Below, one piece after another: positions 1 through 8,900 of a stretch of DNA of 27,972 bases. The position numbers were made by a program, and so were the translations under genes. This DNA is from a virus (lineage: Duplodnaviria > Caudoviricetes). The stretch's first letter is position 1. Each line of letters begins with the position of its first letter. The stretch covers positions 1 to 27,972 of IMG/VR virus record IMGVR_UViG_3300005077_000090; one strand, 5' to 3'. A model generated the notes under the pieces. That model saw only the letters and a program-made list of their open reading frames with translations. It searched no databases and was not told the origin of the DNA.

Positions 1-56
1 TGTTAGTTATTGCTGTGTTCTTTTTATTACTGTTTGCAAGGGAGTCAAGAAAATGA
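1..56 (+). CDS. 3' end of a small hydrophobic (single-TM) peptide, truncated by the window edge
   Basis: Frame from 3 reads LVIAVFFLLLFARESRK*. Its TGA (54-56) overlaps the next ATG (53-55) as ATGA. Confidence 0.6.
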   Translation, partial: LVIAVFFLLLFARESRK

Positions 57-220
57 TTGAAGGCAGAGCTTTGGTAATGGTAGGTAAGTTTGTGTTAGTA
101 CTACTGCTGTTTGTTAGCTTCTGGTATTACGGGTCGAATAACGTTCACACTGAGTATTACCTGTTCCGTAAACCCCGTAAAGTGTTCTATGACGAACAAG
201 GGAGGAAGCATTATCTATGA
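53..220 (+). CDS. 55-aa predicted membrane peptide (not in ORF track)
   Basis: MIEGRALVMVGKFVLVLLLFVSFWYYGSNNVHTEYYLFRKPRKVFYDEQGRKHYL*. GGGAG lies upstream and there are ATGA overlaps at both ends. Confidence 0.7.
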   Translation: MIEGRALVMVGKFVLVLLLFVSFWYYGSNNVHTEYYLFRKPRKVFYDEQGRKHYL

Positions 221-300
221 CACCTTTTGAATGGCTTATCTTCTTAGTGTTTGTCTGTGTTATCCTTCAAATGTTGTTTGCTCCAGGGAGTGCAAAATGA
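217..300 (+). CDS. 27-aa predicted membrane peptide (not in ORF track)
   Basis: MTPFEWLIFLVFVCVILQMLFAPGSAK*. GGGAGG lies upstream and there are ATGA overlaps at both ends. Confidence 0.7.
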   Translation: MTPFEWLIFLVFVCVILQMLFAPGSAK

Positions 301-365
301 CAGCCATCCTGATTATGATTCTGTTAATTATCGTGTTCATCTACTTAGGAGTGACAGACAAATGA
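297..365 (+). CDS. 22-aa predicted membrane peptide (not in ORF track)
   Basis: MTAILIMILLIIVFIYLGVTDK*. GGGAG lies upstream and there are ATGA overlaps at both ends. Confidence 0.7.
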   Translation: MTAILIMILLIIVFIYLGVTDK

Positions 366-574
366 ATGAGAGTGAACTGACTCTACTGAAGTCCATGGCT
401 GAGACAATCCTCAGACAGACAGAGATTCTTAATGCAGCTTTTCAGAAAGCTACAGAGTTCCCAGATAACCCAGTGATTGTCTCAGAATACAAGACACAAA
501 AAGCTACGTTGGAGAGTCTACGAGACAGATATGCTCGACTACTTGAAAGATCTCATGGAGGTAACAATGACTGA
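362..574 (+). CDS. 70-aa hypothetical helical/coiled-coil protein
   Basis: Start moved from the track's TTG at 251 to ATG 362, which has AGGAG upstream and an ATGA overlap. Reads MNESELTLLK...LESLRDRYARLLERSHGGNND. Confidence 0.75.
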   Translation: MNESELTLLKSMAETILRQTEILNAAFQKATEFPDNPVIVSEYKTQKATLESLRDRYARLLERSHGGNND

Positions 575-755
575 GATAGAAACACTACAAGCAAGATACA
601 GTGAACTCGAAGAAGAGTACCGTCAACTTATCAGGCAATCTAACAGTGCTACTCTAGCAGACAGAGAGAACGTAAAGGTAACAGAGAGAATCGTAGAGAT
701 CTGTGCAGAGATGAGTAACCTTTTAGGAAGAATGCAGGTTCTACAAGAACAATGA
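567..755 (+). CDS. 62-aa hypothetical coiled-coil protein
   Basis: Start moved from 477 to ATG 567, with GGAGG at 557-561. Heptad-like MTEIETLQARYSELEEEYRQL. Confidence 0.75.
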   Translation: MTEIETLQARYSELEEEYRQLIRQSNSATLADRENVKVTERIVEICAEMSNLLGRMQVLQEQ

Positions 756-813
756 ATGGCAATTGCTGCATTAGTTCTTTCACTGAACCATAGAGGTGAA
801 TAACCATCAAATG

Positions 814-840
814 TCCCCCCTCCTATAAGGGGGATTTTTT
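814..840 (+). terminator. Intrinsic terminator of the plus-strand operon
   Basis: TCCCCC-ctcctataa-GGGGGA stem-loop followed by TTTTTT. Confidence 0.8.
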
Positions 841-876
841 ATGTCTACCAGGGTGACCTACTCCCTCTAATAGCCT

Positions 877-971
877 TTAGCAACATAGTTATACAGTGTG
901 CTAATAGTTTAGATAAGCTCCGCTTATGATACATCCTGCTCCTTAGCAATACAGTTATAGACTGTTGCTAG
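877..971. repeat. Pair A of 28-29 bp imperfect palindromes
   Basis: 877-904 TTAGCAACATAGTTATACAGTGTGCTAA and 943-971 TTAGCAATACAGTTATAGACTGTTGCTAG, with 38 nt between them. Confidence 0.85.
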
Positions 972-982
972 TAATAGACAAT

Positions 983-1008
983 AAAAAACCAGGACATAAA
1001 TCCTGGTT
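983..1008 (-). terminator. Intrinsic terminator of the late operon
   Basis: Minus strand reads AACCAGGA-tttatg-TCCTGGTT-TTTT, just downstream of the last late gene. Confidence 0.85.
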
Positions 1009-1026
1009 AGTCTTACCTCTTCAGTT

Positions 1027-1404
1027 CTACTGTTGTTCTAGTTCTGGTTCAGGAAAGGTTACATTTTCTCTAGGTATAATGATTCCTTGCTTCAGAAGAT
1101 ATAGGTAAGGTTTATATGGACTGTCATTTCTGAGTCCATCAATAACTATCTTAAAAGGAACATATAAGTTTCCATTTACATCTTTTAGTACTGGAGGTCT
1201 ATGTCGTCCGATGCGCTTGTCAGTAATCAGAACTTTATATTCATCTACCATAGGTCTTGTTACTCTAATTAGTAACGAGTACAAGAACTCTTTTTGCATG
1301 TGAGTAAACCGCTGTCTACCTGCAGCTAGACTACGAAGTACACCTACTTGTGCTCTGCTTAGGTCTTCTGGTTTACGTCCAGTAATGTCTTCTCTTAGTC
1401 CCAT
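1027..1404 (-). CDS. Hypothetical basic protein, last gene of late operon (125 aa)
   Basis: TAATG overlap with the upstream gene and followed by the terminator. No family recognised. Confidence 0.8.
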   Translation of the reverse strand: MGLREDITGRKPEDLSRAQVGVLRSLAAGRQRFTHMQKEFLYSLLIRVTRPMVDEYKVLITDKRIGRHRPPVLKDVNGNLYVPFKIVIDGLRNDSPYKPYLYLLKQGIIIPRENVTFPEPELEQQ

Positions 1405-2279
1405 TACAATCTCCCAAAGTCAGTCATCATTGTAGTAAAGATATTAGTTAAAGCAACTGCTTCTGTCTCATCAACAGCACGATTTAAGACGGCAAACATT
1501 TTAAGAGTTAGGTTAAAAGTGTAGTCTGAGACAGAACCATCGGATTCTTTCATCCCGAATATCTCAAGTGGTAAGTCTGGATAAACACTACTGTCCCCAG
1601 CACTGGTTGAGCTATTACTGGTTAAGGTGATATTGTCCTTTACTACTAACCGAGAAGCGTTGGTAGGGTAATTGTTTTCATGTACAAAAACCCATGTTCC
1701 ATCTGCAGCACTCGCATTGTCACTAAGCGCTGTGTAGGACGAGTTCTGGTAGCCGACCGTGAGTACGTTTTTAGTAGATCCGAAGAAAGTATACAGCCTG
1801 TGATTCCAGGTTCCAGCGATATTGTCTGCACCCCAGAAAGTGCCCTGAGTGCCTGTAACACAGTTATCAATCATAAAGATTACTGTGTACTCAGGATTAG
1901 TTAAATCACTGATGACAAAATCAGTCGCCAAGGAAGACGTGCCATCCGCTAAGAGGCTACCATTAACGTCTCTGTCACCATCAGTAAATCCGTTGTTAAC
2001 AGCATCTGTGCCTACCATAGCTAAGACAGCATCAGCTATAGAAGATGTACCATATAATGGAAGGATGAGGGCAAAGTCTCCATTACCACTGGTAGGACTC
2101 TCAGGTAGATAGCCAGCATCAATTAGACTATGATAAGCGATGTCAGAGAAATTTACTTGAGATGTAGACAACACAATGCTGGCAGCTTCAGCACGGGAAA
2201 GTAAGTTGTTTGTCCATAGCGGAGCTTCGTATGAGCTACCGCTATGAAACTTATAGGGTACTTCTTTGTATGGAGACAT
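1404..2279 (-). CDS. Putative tail/receptor-binding protein, beta-rich, possibly LamG/ConA-like (291 aa)
   Basis: Sits after the internal virion genes and is S/T/G/N-rich. C-terminal FAVLNRAVDETEAVAL resembles the end of LamG-like domains. Fold is inferred. Confidence 0.5.
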   Translation of the reverse strand: MSPYKEVPYKFHSGSSYEAPLWTNNLLSRAEAASIVLSTSQVNFSDIAYHSLIDAGYLPESPTSGNGDFALILPLYGTSSIADAVLAMVGTDAVNNGFTDGDRDVNGSLLADGTSSLATDFVISDLTNPEYTVIFMIDNCVTGTQGTFWGADNIAGTWNHRLYTFFGSTKNVLTVGYQNSSYTALSDNASAADGTWVFVHENNYPTNASRLVVKDNITLTSNSSTSAGDSSVYPDLPLEIFGMKESDGSVSDYTFNLTLKMFAVLNRAVDETEAVALTNIFTTMMTDFGRL

Positions 2280-2281
2280 AA

Positions 2282-2575
2282 CTAAGTAGTATACAGAACG
2301 TTAATTCCAGTCGATGCTGTATCAGAAGCTACATAGATAGTAACCTCTGTAGTCAGTGGTGATATGTGTTCTAAGAAGTAGACTTCACCATTAGGGATAA
2401 TCATGTAAGGGTCGGCTAAGCTGGCATCAATGTTTGCTCCATTCATTCCCCAACGAATGATAGCTGACGCATGGTTAGTCCAAAGTTCAAAGTACTTTGT
2501 CCCTTTAGGTAGAGTGATTTCATATGCTGTACCTGCATTAGTAGCAGTTACAGTTTCCATGTTGAATGAACTCAT
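2282..2575 (-). CDS. Small beta-rich putative virion protein (97 aa)
   Basis: Fills the gap between neighbours with 2-nt spacing on each side. Alternating beta-strand pattern. Confidence 0.7.
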   Translation of the reverse strand: MSSFNMETVTATNAGTAYEITLPKGTKYFELWTNHASAIIRWGMNGANIDASLADPYMIIPNGEVYFLEHISPLTTEVTIYVASDTASTGINVLYTT

Positions 2576-2577
2576 AG

Positions 2578-5500
2578 TTAATCCTCAGGTTGTTCAGGCT
2601 CTCTGTTGATTATTCTCAGTCTGCGGATGTAATCTTCACTGATGTCATCCATTGTTTCTTGAGCTGGCATGGGTAAGTCTCTGACTCTAATGCGTAGAGT
2701 ATTAAGTTCTCGTAATGCGTCTACTGGTAAGACATCATTCTCTCTCATCCACTGAAGCACTCTAGCATGGTCAAGTCGATATTGATACCACAGTAGCATT
2801 CTGTTAGCGATGTTTTCCTCTAGTTCTTGTCTAGCTTCAATAGACAAATCTCTAGAGTGGTAGGTAACTACAGCGTCATTGATAGACCTGTCTAAAACTT
2901 GAATGGTGTACTCTACGTCCTGTAGTGTTGTCTGAGCATTATGGTCATAGTCAATTGTTCTGACATTTAGACCAGCTAATCTCATAGCTATGATTAGGCC
3001 GTTGTCTCCTAATGCGTCAATACTTCTAGATGTAATTCTACGTTGTGGAGCACCTGTCCAGGTAGGCCGTTCCTCTCTGATTAGTCTACCCTGTTGGTCG
3101 TAGACTGGTGCTTGTCCTGAGATACCTCCTATGTTCATTCTGTCTAGAGTATCCAATAGAGGAAACTTTCTGGCGACATTAATAATTCTAGGAGGTAGAC
3201 GCATACCAAAGAAGGTAGGCTGAATGTCCGTCTCATCCTCAGGAATGAAACTTCTGCCTGTCCAGTCTCTACCTGTGATTGTCTCAGCAGCAGTTCTCCA
3301 GATGACGTTAAGACTACCAGTGTTTTCAAGTAGCCAGCTTTCAAATGACTCTGCTCTAGAACGGTCAAATTCCCGTAGTTCCTCAGCAGTGCCTACTCTA
3401 CGACCAAAGAACTCTCTAGCTACATCGTTGCTTCCTTCTACTGCCCAAGACAAAAAATCATTACCTCCATCCCATCCACCAGGCATCATTACAATAGGAT
3501 GATTCTCAGAGTCTCTACCCAAATAAATTGGCCCAGAACCTCTAACCCAGTCTGGTACTGTGTCTTGGTTGTAGTCCTCATCTAAAAGCATTGGTGTAGC
3601 AAACCATGAGTATAGGCGTTGCATAGCCATAAACTGATGAGGATTTCTAAGCATATGTCTAATCTGCATGAATGGGTTTACCATGGCCCATCCTGCAAAT
3701 GGTTTGATATAAGCATTAGCAAATGAAGTGAGTTGTCCTAGATTAGATTCGTTGTAATTGTACTCGTTAATTTGTCTTGTAATTTCATCTAGACTATTGA
3801 ACTGTCTGTACTGCATTGTAGTCAGTACTGCACCAACACTGTTCCAGCTAAATCCTCGTTTAGAGTTATCTACCATCGTCATGAAAGTATTAAACTTTGC
3901 AGTGACATCGAAGATGTTAGCAGTGTACGCATAGATACCAAACTGAGCTTCATTAAACCAGTTGATACCTTCAGCTAACTGTCTAGCTGCTCTACCAGGT
4001 CTCTCATACAGTGGTATGTGTCTACCGTTAAGAGGGTCACCTGATGCAGCAGCATAGCTCATCATTCTATGAAAAGCTAGACCTAGATTTTCTGGTGCAT
4101 TCATTAATCCTTCAGCGACTCTCATTCTAGCTATAGAAGAATCAATGCGAATCATATTAGTTCCAGGAGCTACACCATGTCCTGAAGTTAGAAAGAAGTA
4201 TTCTAACAGTTGTCTGAAGGTGTACTCATTTCCATCTGGTAGTCTGTAGACACCTCTGACATTATCAGCCCATTCAATACCATTCATCATGGTACGTTGA
4301 ATAGTCCAGAGAGACGGAATGTAAGTAATGAGATTACCACCAGCACCAAAGGTTTCTCTAACTCCCTGTAGTGCAGTGTTGGCTACATACCGAATGTTAG
4401 ACAAAATATTCTTGTTGACAAATCTCTGTGCTGAATAGATGATTCTGCCTACATGAGCCATGTTCACTGGGTCAGTAGAGATGGCAAGTAAACCTTCAAA
4501 CTGGTCAGCTACTACAGGATGTACCCAGATATCAGAGAGTTGTCTATAGGCATCTCCATTAAGACCTAATGCCTGCATTGCGTTAGGTATCTTAGCTTGT
4601 CTAGCCCAGTTATCCATACTGGTAGAGAGAGGTCTAAAGTTGACAAATCTAGCATCCTCTCTGACTTGTCTACCAGTAACAGCCCAACCATTCTGAATAG
4701 CGTCACCACTAATCATTCTCTGAAGCATAGCAGAGTTACCAGCACTTCTCTGAAGACTGGATGTGTAATCTGCTAATGCTCTTTGTGGGTCTATTCGAAT
4801 CATCTCAGACAAATACCGATAAGGCATATCGTACTGAGACACAAAGAAATCAAACACTTCTGTACTTGACATGGGTACTTTTTGAAGTACACCAGAGTCT
4901 ACCAGTAAGTCTAGCTGGTCGGTTGTGAGGTTCGTGTGCAAGTACGACGCCCACTCCCTCGGTGACGAAAGAACCATCCTTGTGATTTCATCCGGTGTCC
5001 TCCCTGTAATCCTTGATAGGATAGCCATGTCCTCAGGAATAAGATGAACTGTATTTCTAGAGCGATTGTGAAGAGTACTAAAATCAGTAACACCATTTTC
5101 TACCTGTTGAATAAGTTCAGTAACGTCAGTATCCTGTAACCGTAACTGAAAGTCTCTGGTCATCTGGCGAGAAAAGTAATTGATGTTTTCAATTCTAGAC
5201 ACATCAACACCTGCGGCTCTAGCTACAAGTCTCACTCTGTCAAACGCACGGGGAATCTCAGCAGCTATTGTGAATAGCTCATCAATCTCTGGCTTAGTAA
5301 AGCCGGCACCCTGTAGCCTATTAAGAAGTCCCTGATATCTTCTTCTCTGAAACATATCAAAGAGACTACGACTGTTTCCTTGTAGTCCTAATGTTTCAGT
5401 AGTATACCTTCCTACAATGCTATGAACTTCTGGAAGGTTAGCTAAGTCTAGAACATCTGCCATCAGACGTTCACCTCTTCTTCTACCTAGATTCAGTCTT

Positions 5501-5949
5501 CTGACATGACCTCTCCAGACTCTCTCAAAAGACTCTACCTGTTCTAAAGCAACCAGTCTACCTGCTGTGTTAAGGAGACCTTCCATAACTTGCTTTGCTT
5601 GAAACAGACTGTATCTAACTTCACCTGCTGTAGTGAAGACAGTAGAAGGATTCAATCCTAATCGTCTATTTAATTGTCCTAGATGACGAACAAGTAAGTC
5701 CTGCATTCTAGGAACTTGCTGTGGATTTAGACTAATAGACTCAGCAATATTACGAATCCATATAGAACGAGCTTCAGCAATTGTAAGTTCTTCAATTTGC
5801 AAAGCACGTTGAGCAGGGTCACTACTTAAAGCAGACTGAACGATGTGTTCCCACTGTGCTCTTCTTCTAGCTAATTGAGTTAGCTCATTGGGATTAAAAG
5901 GTCTACGTTCTCGGTCATTTCCAAATGTAGGACAATTAACTTTAGCCAT
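2578..5949 (-). CDS. Large internal virion/ejection protein (1123 aa)
   Basis: Size, position and helical R/Q-rich composition fit a podophage core protein. Start moved to ATG 5949 (TAATG overlap) from GTG 5958. Confidence 0.7.
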   Translation of the reverse strand: MAKVNCPTFGNDRERRPFNPNELTQLARRRAQWEHIVQSALSSDPAQRALQIEELTIAEARSIWIRNIAESISLNPQQVPRMQDLLVRHLGQLNRRLGLNPSTVFTTAGEVRYSLFQAKQVMEGLLNTAGRLVALEQVESFERVWRGHVRRLNLGRRRGERLMADVLDLANLPEVHSIVGRYTTETLGLQGNSRSLFDMFQRRRYQGLLNRLQGAGFTKPEIDELFTIAAEIPRAFDRVRLVARAAGVDVSRIENINYFSRQMTRDFQLRLQDTDVTELIQQVENGVTDFSTLHNRSRNTVHLIPEDMAILSRITGRTPDEITRMVLSSPREWASYLHTNLTTDQLDLLVDSGVLQKVPMSSTEVFDFFVSQYDMPYRYLSEMIRIDPQRALADYTSSLQRSAGNSAMLQRMISGDAIQNGWAVTGRQVREDARFVNFRPLSTSMDNWARQAKIPNAMQALGLNGDAYRQLSDIWVHPVVADQFEGLLAISTDPVNMAHVGRIIYSAQRFVNKNILSNIRYVANTALQGVRETFGAGGNLITYIPSLWTIQRTMMNGIEWADNVRGVYRLPDGNEYTFRQLLEYFFLTSGHGVAPGTNMIRIDSSIARMRVAEGLMNAPENLGLAFHRMMSYAAASGDPLNGRHIPLYERPGRAARQLAEGINWFNEAQFGIYAYTANIFDVTAKFNTFMTMVDNSKRGFSWNSVGAVLTTMQYRQFNSLDEITRQINEYNYNESNLGQLTSFANAYIKPFAGWAMVNPFMQIRHMLRNPHQFMAMQRLYSWFATPMLLDEDYNQDTVPDWVRGSGPIYLGRDSENHPIVMMPGGWDGGNDFLSWAVEGSNDVAREFFGRRVGTAEELREFDRSRAESFESWLLENTGSLNVIWRTAAETITGRDWTGRSFIPEDETDIQPTFFGMRLPPRIINVARKFPLLDTLDRMNIGGISGQAPVYDQQGRLIREERPTWTGAPQRRITSRSIDALGDNGLIIAMRLAGLNVRTIDYDHNAQTTLQDVEYTIQVLDRSINDAVVTYHSRDLSIEARQELEENIANRMLLWYQYRLDHARVLQWMRENDVLPVDALRELNTLRIRVRDLPMPAQETMDDISEDYIRRLRIINREPEQPED

Positions 5950-8900
5950 TATATACACCGCTTCCTAGAGCTACCACCCAGTTGTTCTTCCAAAGCTCGT
6001 CTAGTTTCTTCTGACTCTGCAAACAAGTCATCTAAGTATCTTTGGAACCCTTCATCTTCTAATTCTCTTAATGCTGCTTCTTCAGTAAACATTAAGTCCA
6101 TGTATCTAGATGCAGTCTCATAGTTCTCATCAGCCTGTGCTCTGACTGTATACTCTAGCTGAGACAAATATCTTTGAACATTTCTGCTAGAAGGCTCATC
6201 TAACATTCTATTGTAGGTGCCTAACAAAACTTCATACTCTGCATTACCTTCATCTAAGAACTCTGCATAGTCTTCAGGTTTCTTAGGCACCTCGTCGTAA
6301 GACATTAACTCGTCATAGAATGCCTCAGCATCAATGTCTTCAATCTCTTGTATCTGTCTACGAAGGGAAGAGTCAATAGACATATGAGATACAACTTCGT
6401 CTCTATATCTTAGAAATCTCTGGATACCTTCTAACTGCTCTGGTGAAGGTTGATAGGTAGTCGGAGCTATGTCCTCAGAGAGAGTCATAGCTACTTCACG
6501 GTAAGCATCAGGATTATTTACAATGTCTGGATTCAGTAAGTCATCAATATACTCTGCTTCTAGAGTAATTGGTGGAGCATCTTCGACAGCTTGATTAAAG
6601 ACACCCTCTATTCTTCTTCTGTAGAGTTCTTGTACACTTTGTCTGTATCTTTCTACTTCAGGATAATTATCATAGAACATCCGAGAAAAGTCTTCACCAA
6701 ACTCATCTCCATATTGTTTAGCCTCATTTAGAGTTCTGAAACCATTACGGTATTCTTCAGTTCTCTCCATGAGAGTGGAAATCATTACATCATGGTCATG
6801 GTCTTCTCCAGATAAGAACCATCTACCATTGTCTTCTCGTGTAATATTTAATGAGTAAGCTGGTGCTCTATGTCCTGACTCATTACCATACAGTACCCAC
6901 TCATCAGTATCGAAAGCATTAGATCTGTAGTTACCCGGAGACTCTCTTCTCCATACTCCAGCAGTACCTACTCGTCTAGCCTGTTCAACAGTATCGTACA
7001 TCTCATCAGACAACACATCAGGAGGATTGTCAAAGATGTCCTGTAACTGATTATCAGTTAGCTCTAGAGGATTGAAGTCACTCTGCTGAAGTAGTGACTC
7101 AGCAGATGAACTTCTCTGTAAAAGCTCGTCGGCTGTTTGTACTGGAGCTTCAGGTGGGACTATCTCATCTGCCTGTCTGATTAAGCTCTCTACAGAATCC
7201 TCAGGAATAGCAGACTCAGAGACTGTCTCATCTACTTGCTGTCCTAAGTTCTCTACAGATTCCTCAGGTACTATAGAAGCAGGTACTTCAGGTTCTTCTA
7301 TTTCTTGTCTTGCTCTCTGAAGTAACTCTTGTACTCTGTCTCTGGTACTCTGTCTATTAGTAATGTTATCAGCTTGCTCAAATAGCTCTTGTAGAGACTC
7401 CCCTGTATCTACTTTAGGTAGTGGCGCATCTCCAATCAGGTCTCTCTGAATGCCTTCGATTACACTACGACCAGATGGTAGATCTCTGACATTACGAATG
7501 TTGCCAAGCTGTGTTCTGTCTTTAGAGAAGACAACCTCATAGAGAGGTTCAGCAAGTGGGTCGTTTGCTAATCTTCCTAAGTCATCACTGTAAGTATCAA
7601 TAGAAGCTAATGCTCCATCTTCTATACGTCTAATGATGAACCCATCTTGAAGTAGATCTCTGGTTAGATTTCTAAAGATGTGAGGCTCTACTGTAATGAT
7701 AGCGTCATCTGGTGCAGTACGGATAACTTGTCTCAGAGCATTTCTTTGTCTTGCTCTCATGCCAAGGTAGTCACCAGTTCTTCTGTCTACTAAGTTAGCC
7801 TCATCAAACTGAATGATGAAACTTCTTTCAGTAGTTCTATTAACTCTGCCAAAAGGATAGGACTCTCTGTATATAAAGTCTGTCTGTTCGTCTAGAGTAT
7901 TAACAGGTAAGTCTGTTAGTGGTCTATATCTAGGTTCAGACATATCCACAACAGCGGAATATTCCTGAACAACTCTGTCAGTATATTCGCCTCTAGGCCG
8001 TCCTGTGTTGTCTGCTAAAGCTTCAACAATATTGAATTGTCTTCGTCTACGATTTACTGCACGACTGGCTAAATCCTCCATGACATTACGTGGATTTCTT
8101 CTAGGTCTAATACCACGAATGCCGGTAGAGGTTTCATCTACAATTGCTTCAGGAAGGTCATCCACAGCCCTGACTGCTACTTCTTGTGGATTCCATACCA
8201 GTCGATTAGGGTTAGAGTCAGTAGTGACAAATCCATTCTGAACTAATAGATTACGTCTATATCTAATAACCTGAGGTAAGTCATTAGGGTCTAGATTAAC
8301 AACTACTCTCAGTCCTGAATCCATTAAACCGTTAAGGTACGCTCTGGCTTTATTAAGTTCACCTATTCTAATACTGTGAGTAAAGTAGTCAAACTCTACT
8401 GTGTTCTCAGAGGTACGTCTGATAGTGATGCCGTCTAATGGATTAGTAGACACACCAACATCAGGAACTATGTTAGGTACTTCTACACCTCTAATGTTTA
8501 GTCCTGTTCTAGATTCTGGTGTAGGAATACCTCGACCACCTATTGGTCGAATTCTACCAGGTCTTGGGCCAATAGTTCTAGAGACTAAACCTACTTCATT
8601 AGACAAAGCAGGAGGTAAGACTTCAATAACTCTGTCAATTTGAGAGTGAGTTAGATTAGGAGGAACTACGTTAATCTGAGAGTTGATGATAGTAGCTCTC
8701 TCTGTCGGTGTTCTTACTACAGGTACACCACGTTCTCCTAAGATAGGTGCTCTTCCTGCATCAGAGAATGAAGGTGGTGGGAGTAGTGCTCTAATTGTCT
8801 GAGGCGGTGCATCAGGTGGTGGTGTAATAAAGACAAACTCAGGAGTATTAAAAGTAGTTCCCCTGTTAGCCTGAATACCTCTGATGGTATTCTCGATGTC

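Noticed and set aside
251-361. Track's N-terminal extension of ORF 251..574 (and 477..566 of the next ORF)
   Set aside because: Non-ATG starts without an RBS. The region is better explained by the coupled micro-ORFs and ATG starts at 362 and 567.
752-803. 13-aa (752..793) and 15-aa (756..803) ORFs before the terminator
   Set aside because: Too short, and the two alternatives cannot be told apart.
1404-2279. Diversity-generating retroelement target
   Set aside because: No reverse transcriptase, and no template/variable repeat pair seen in the window.
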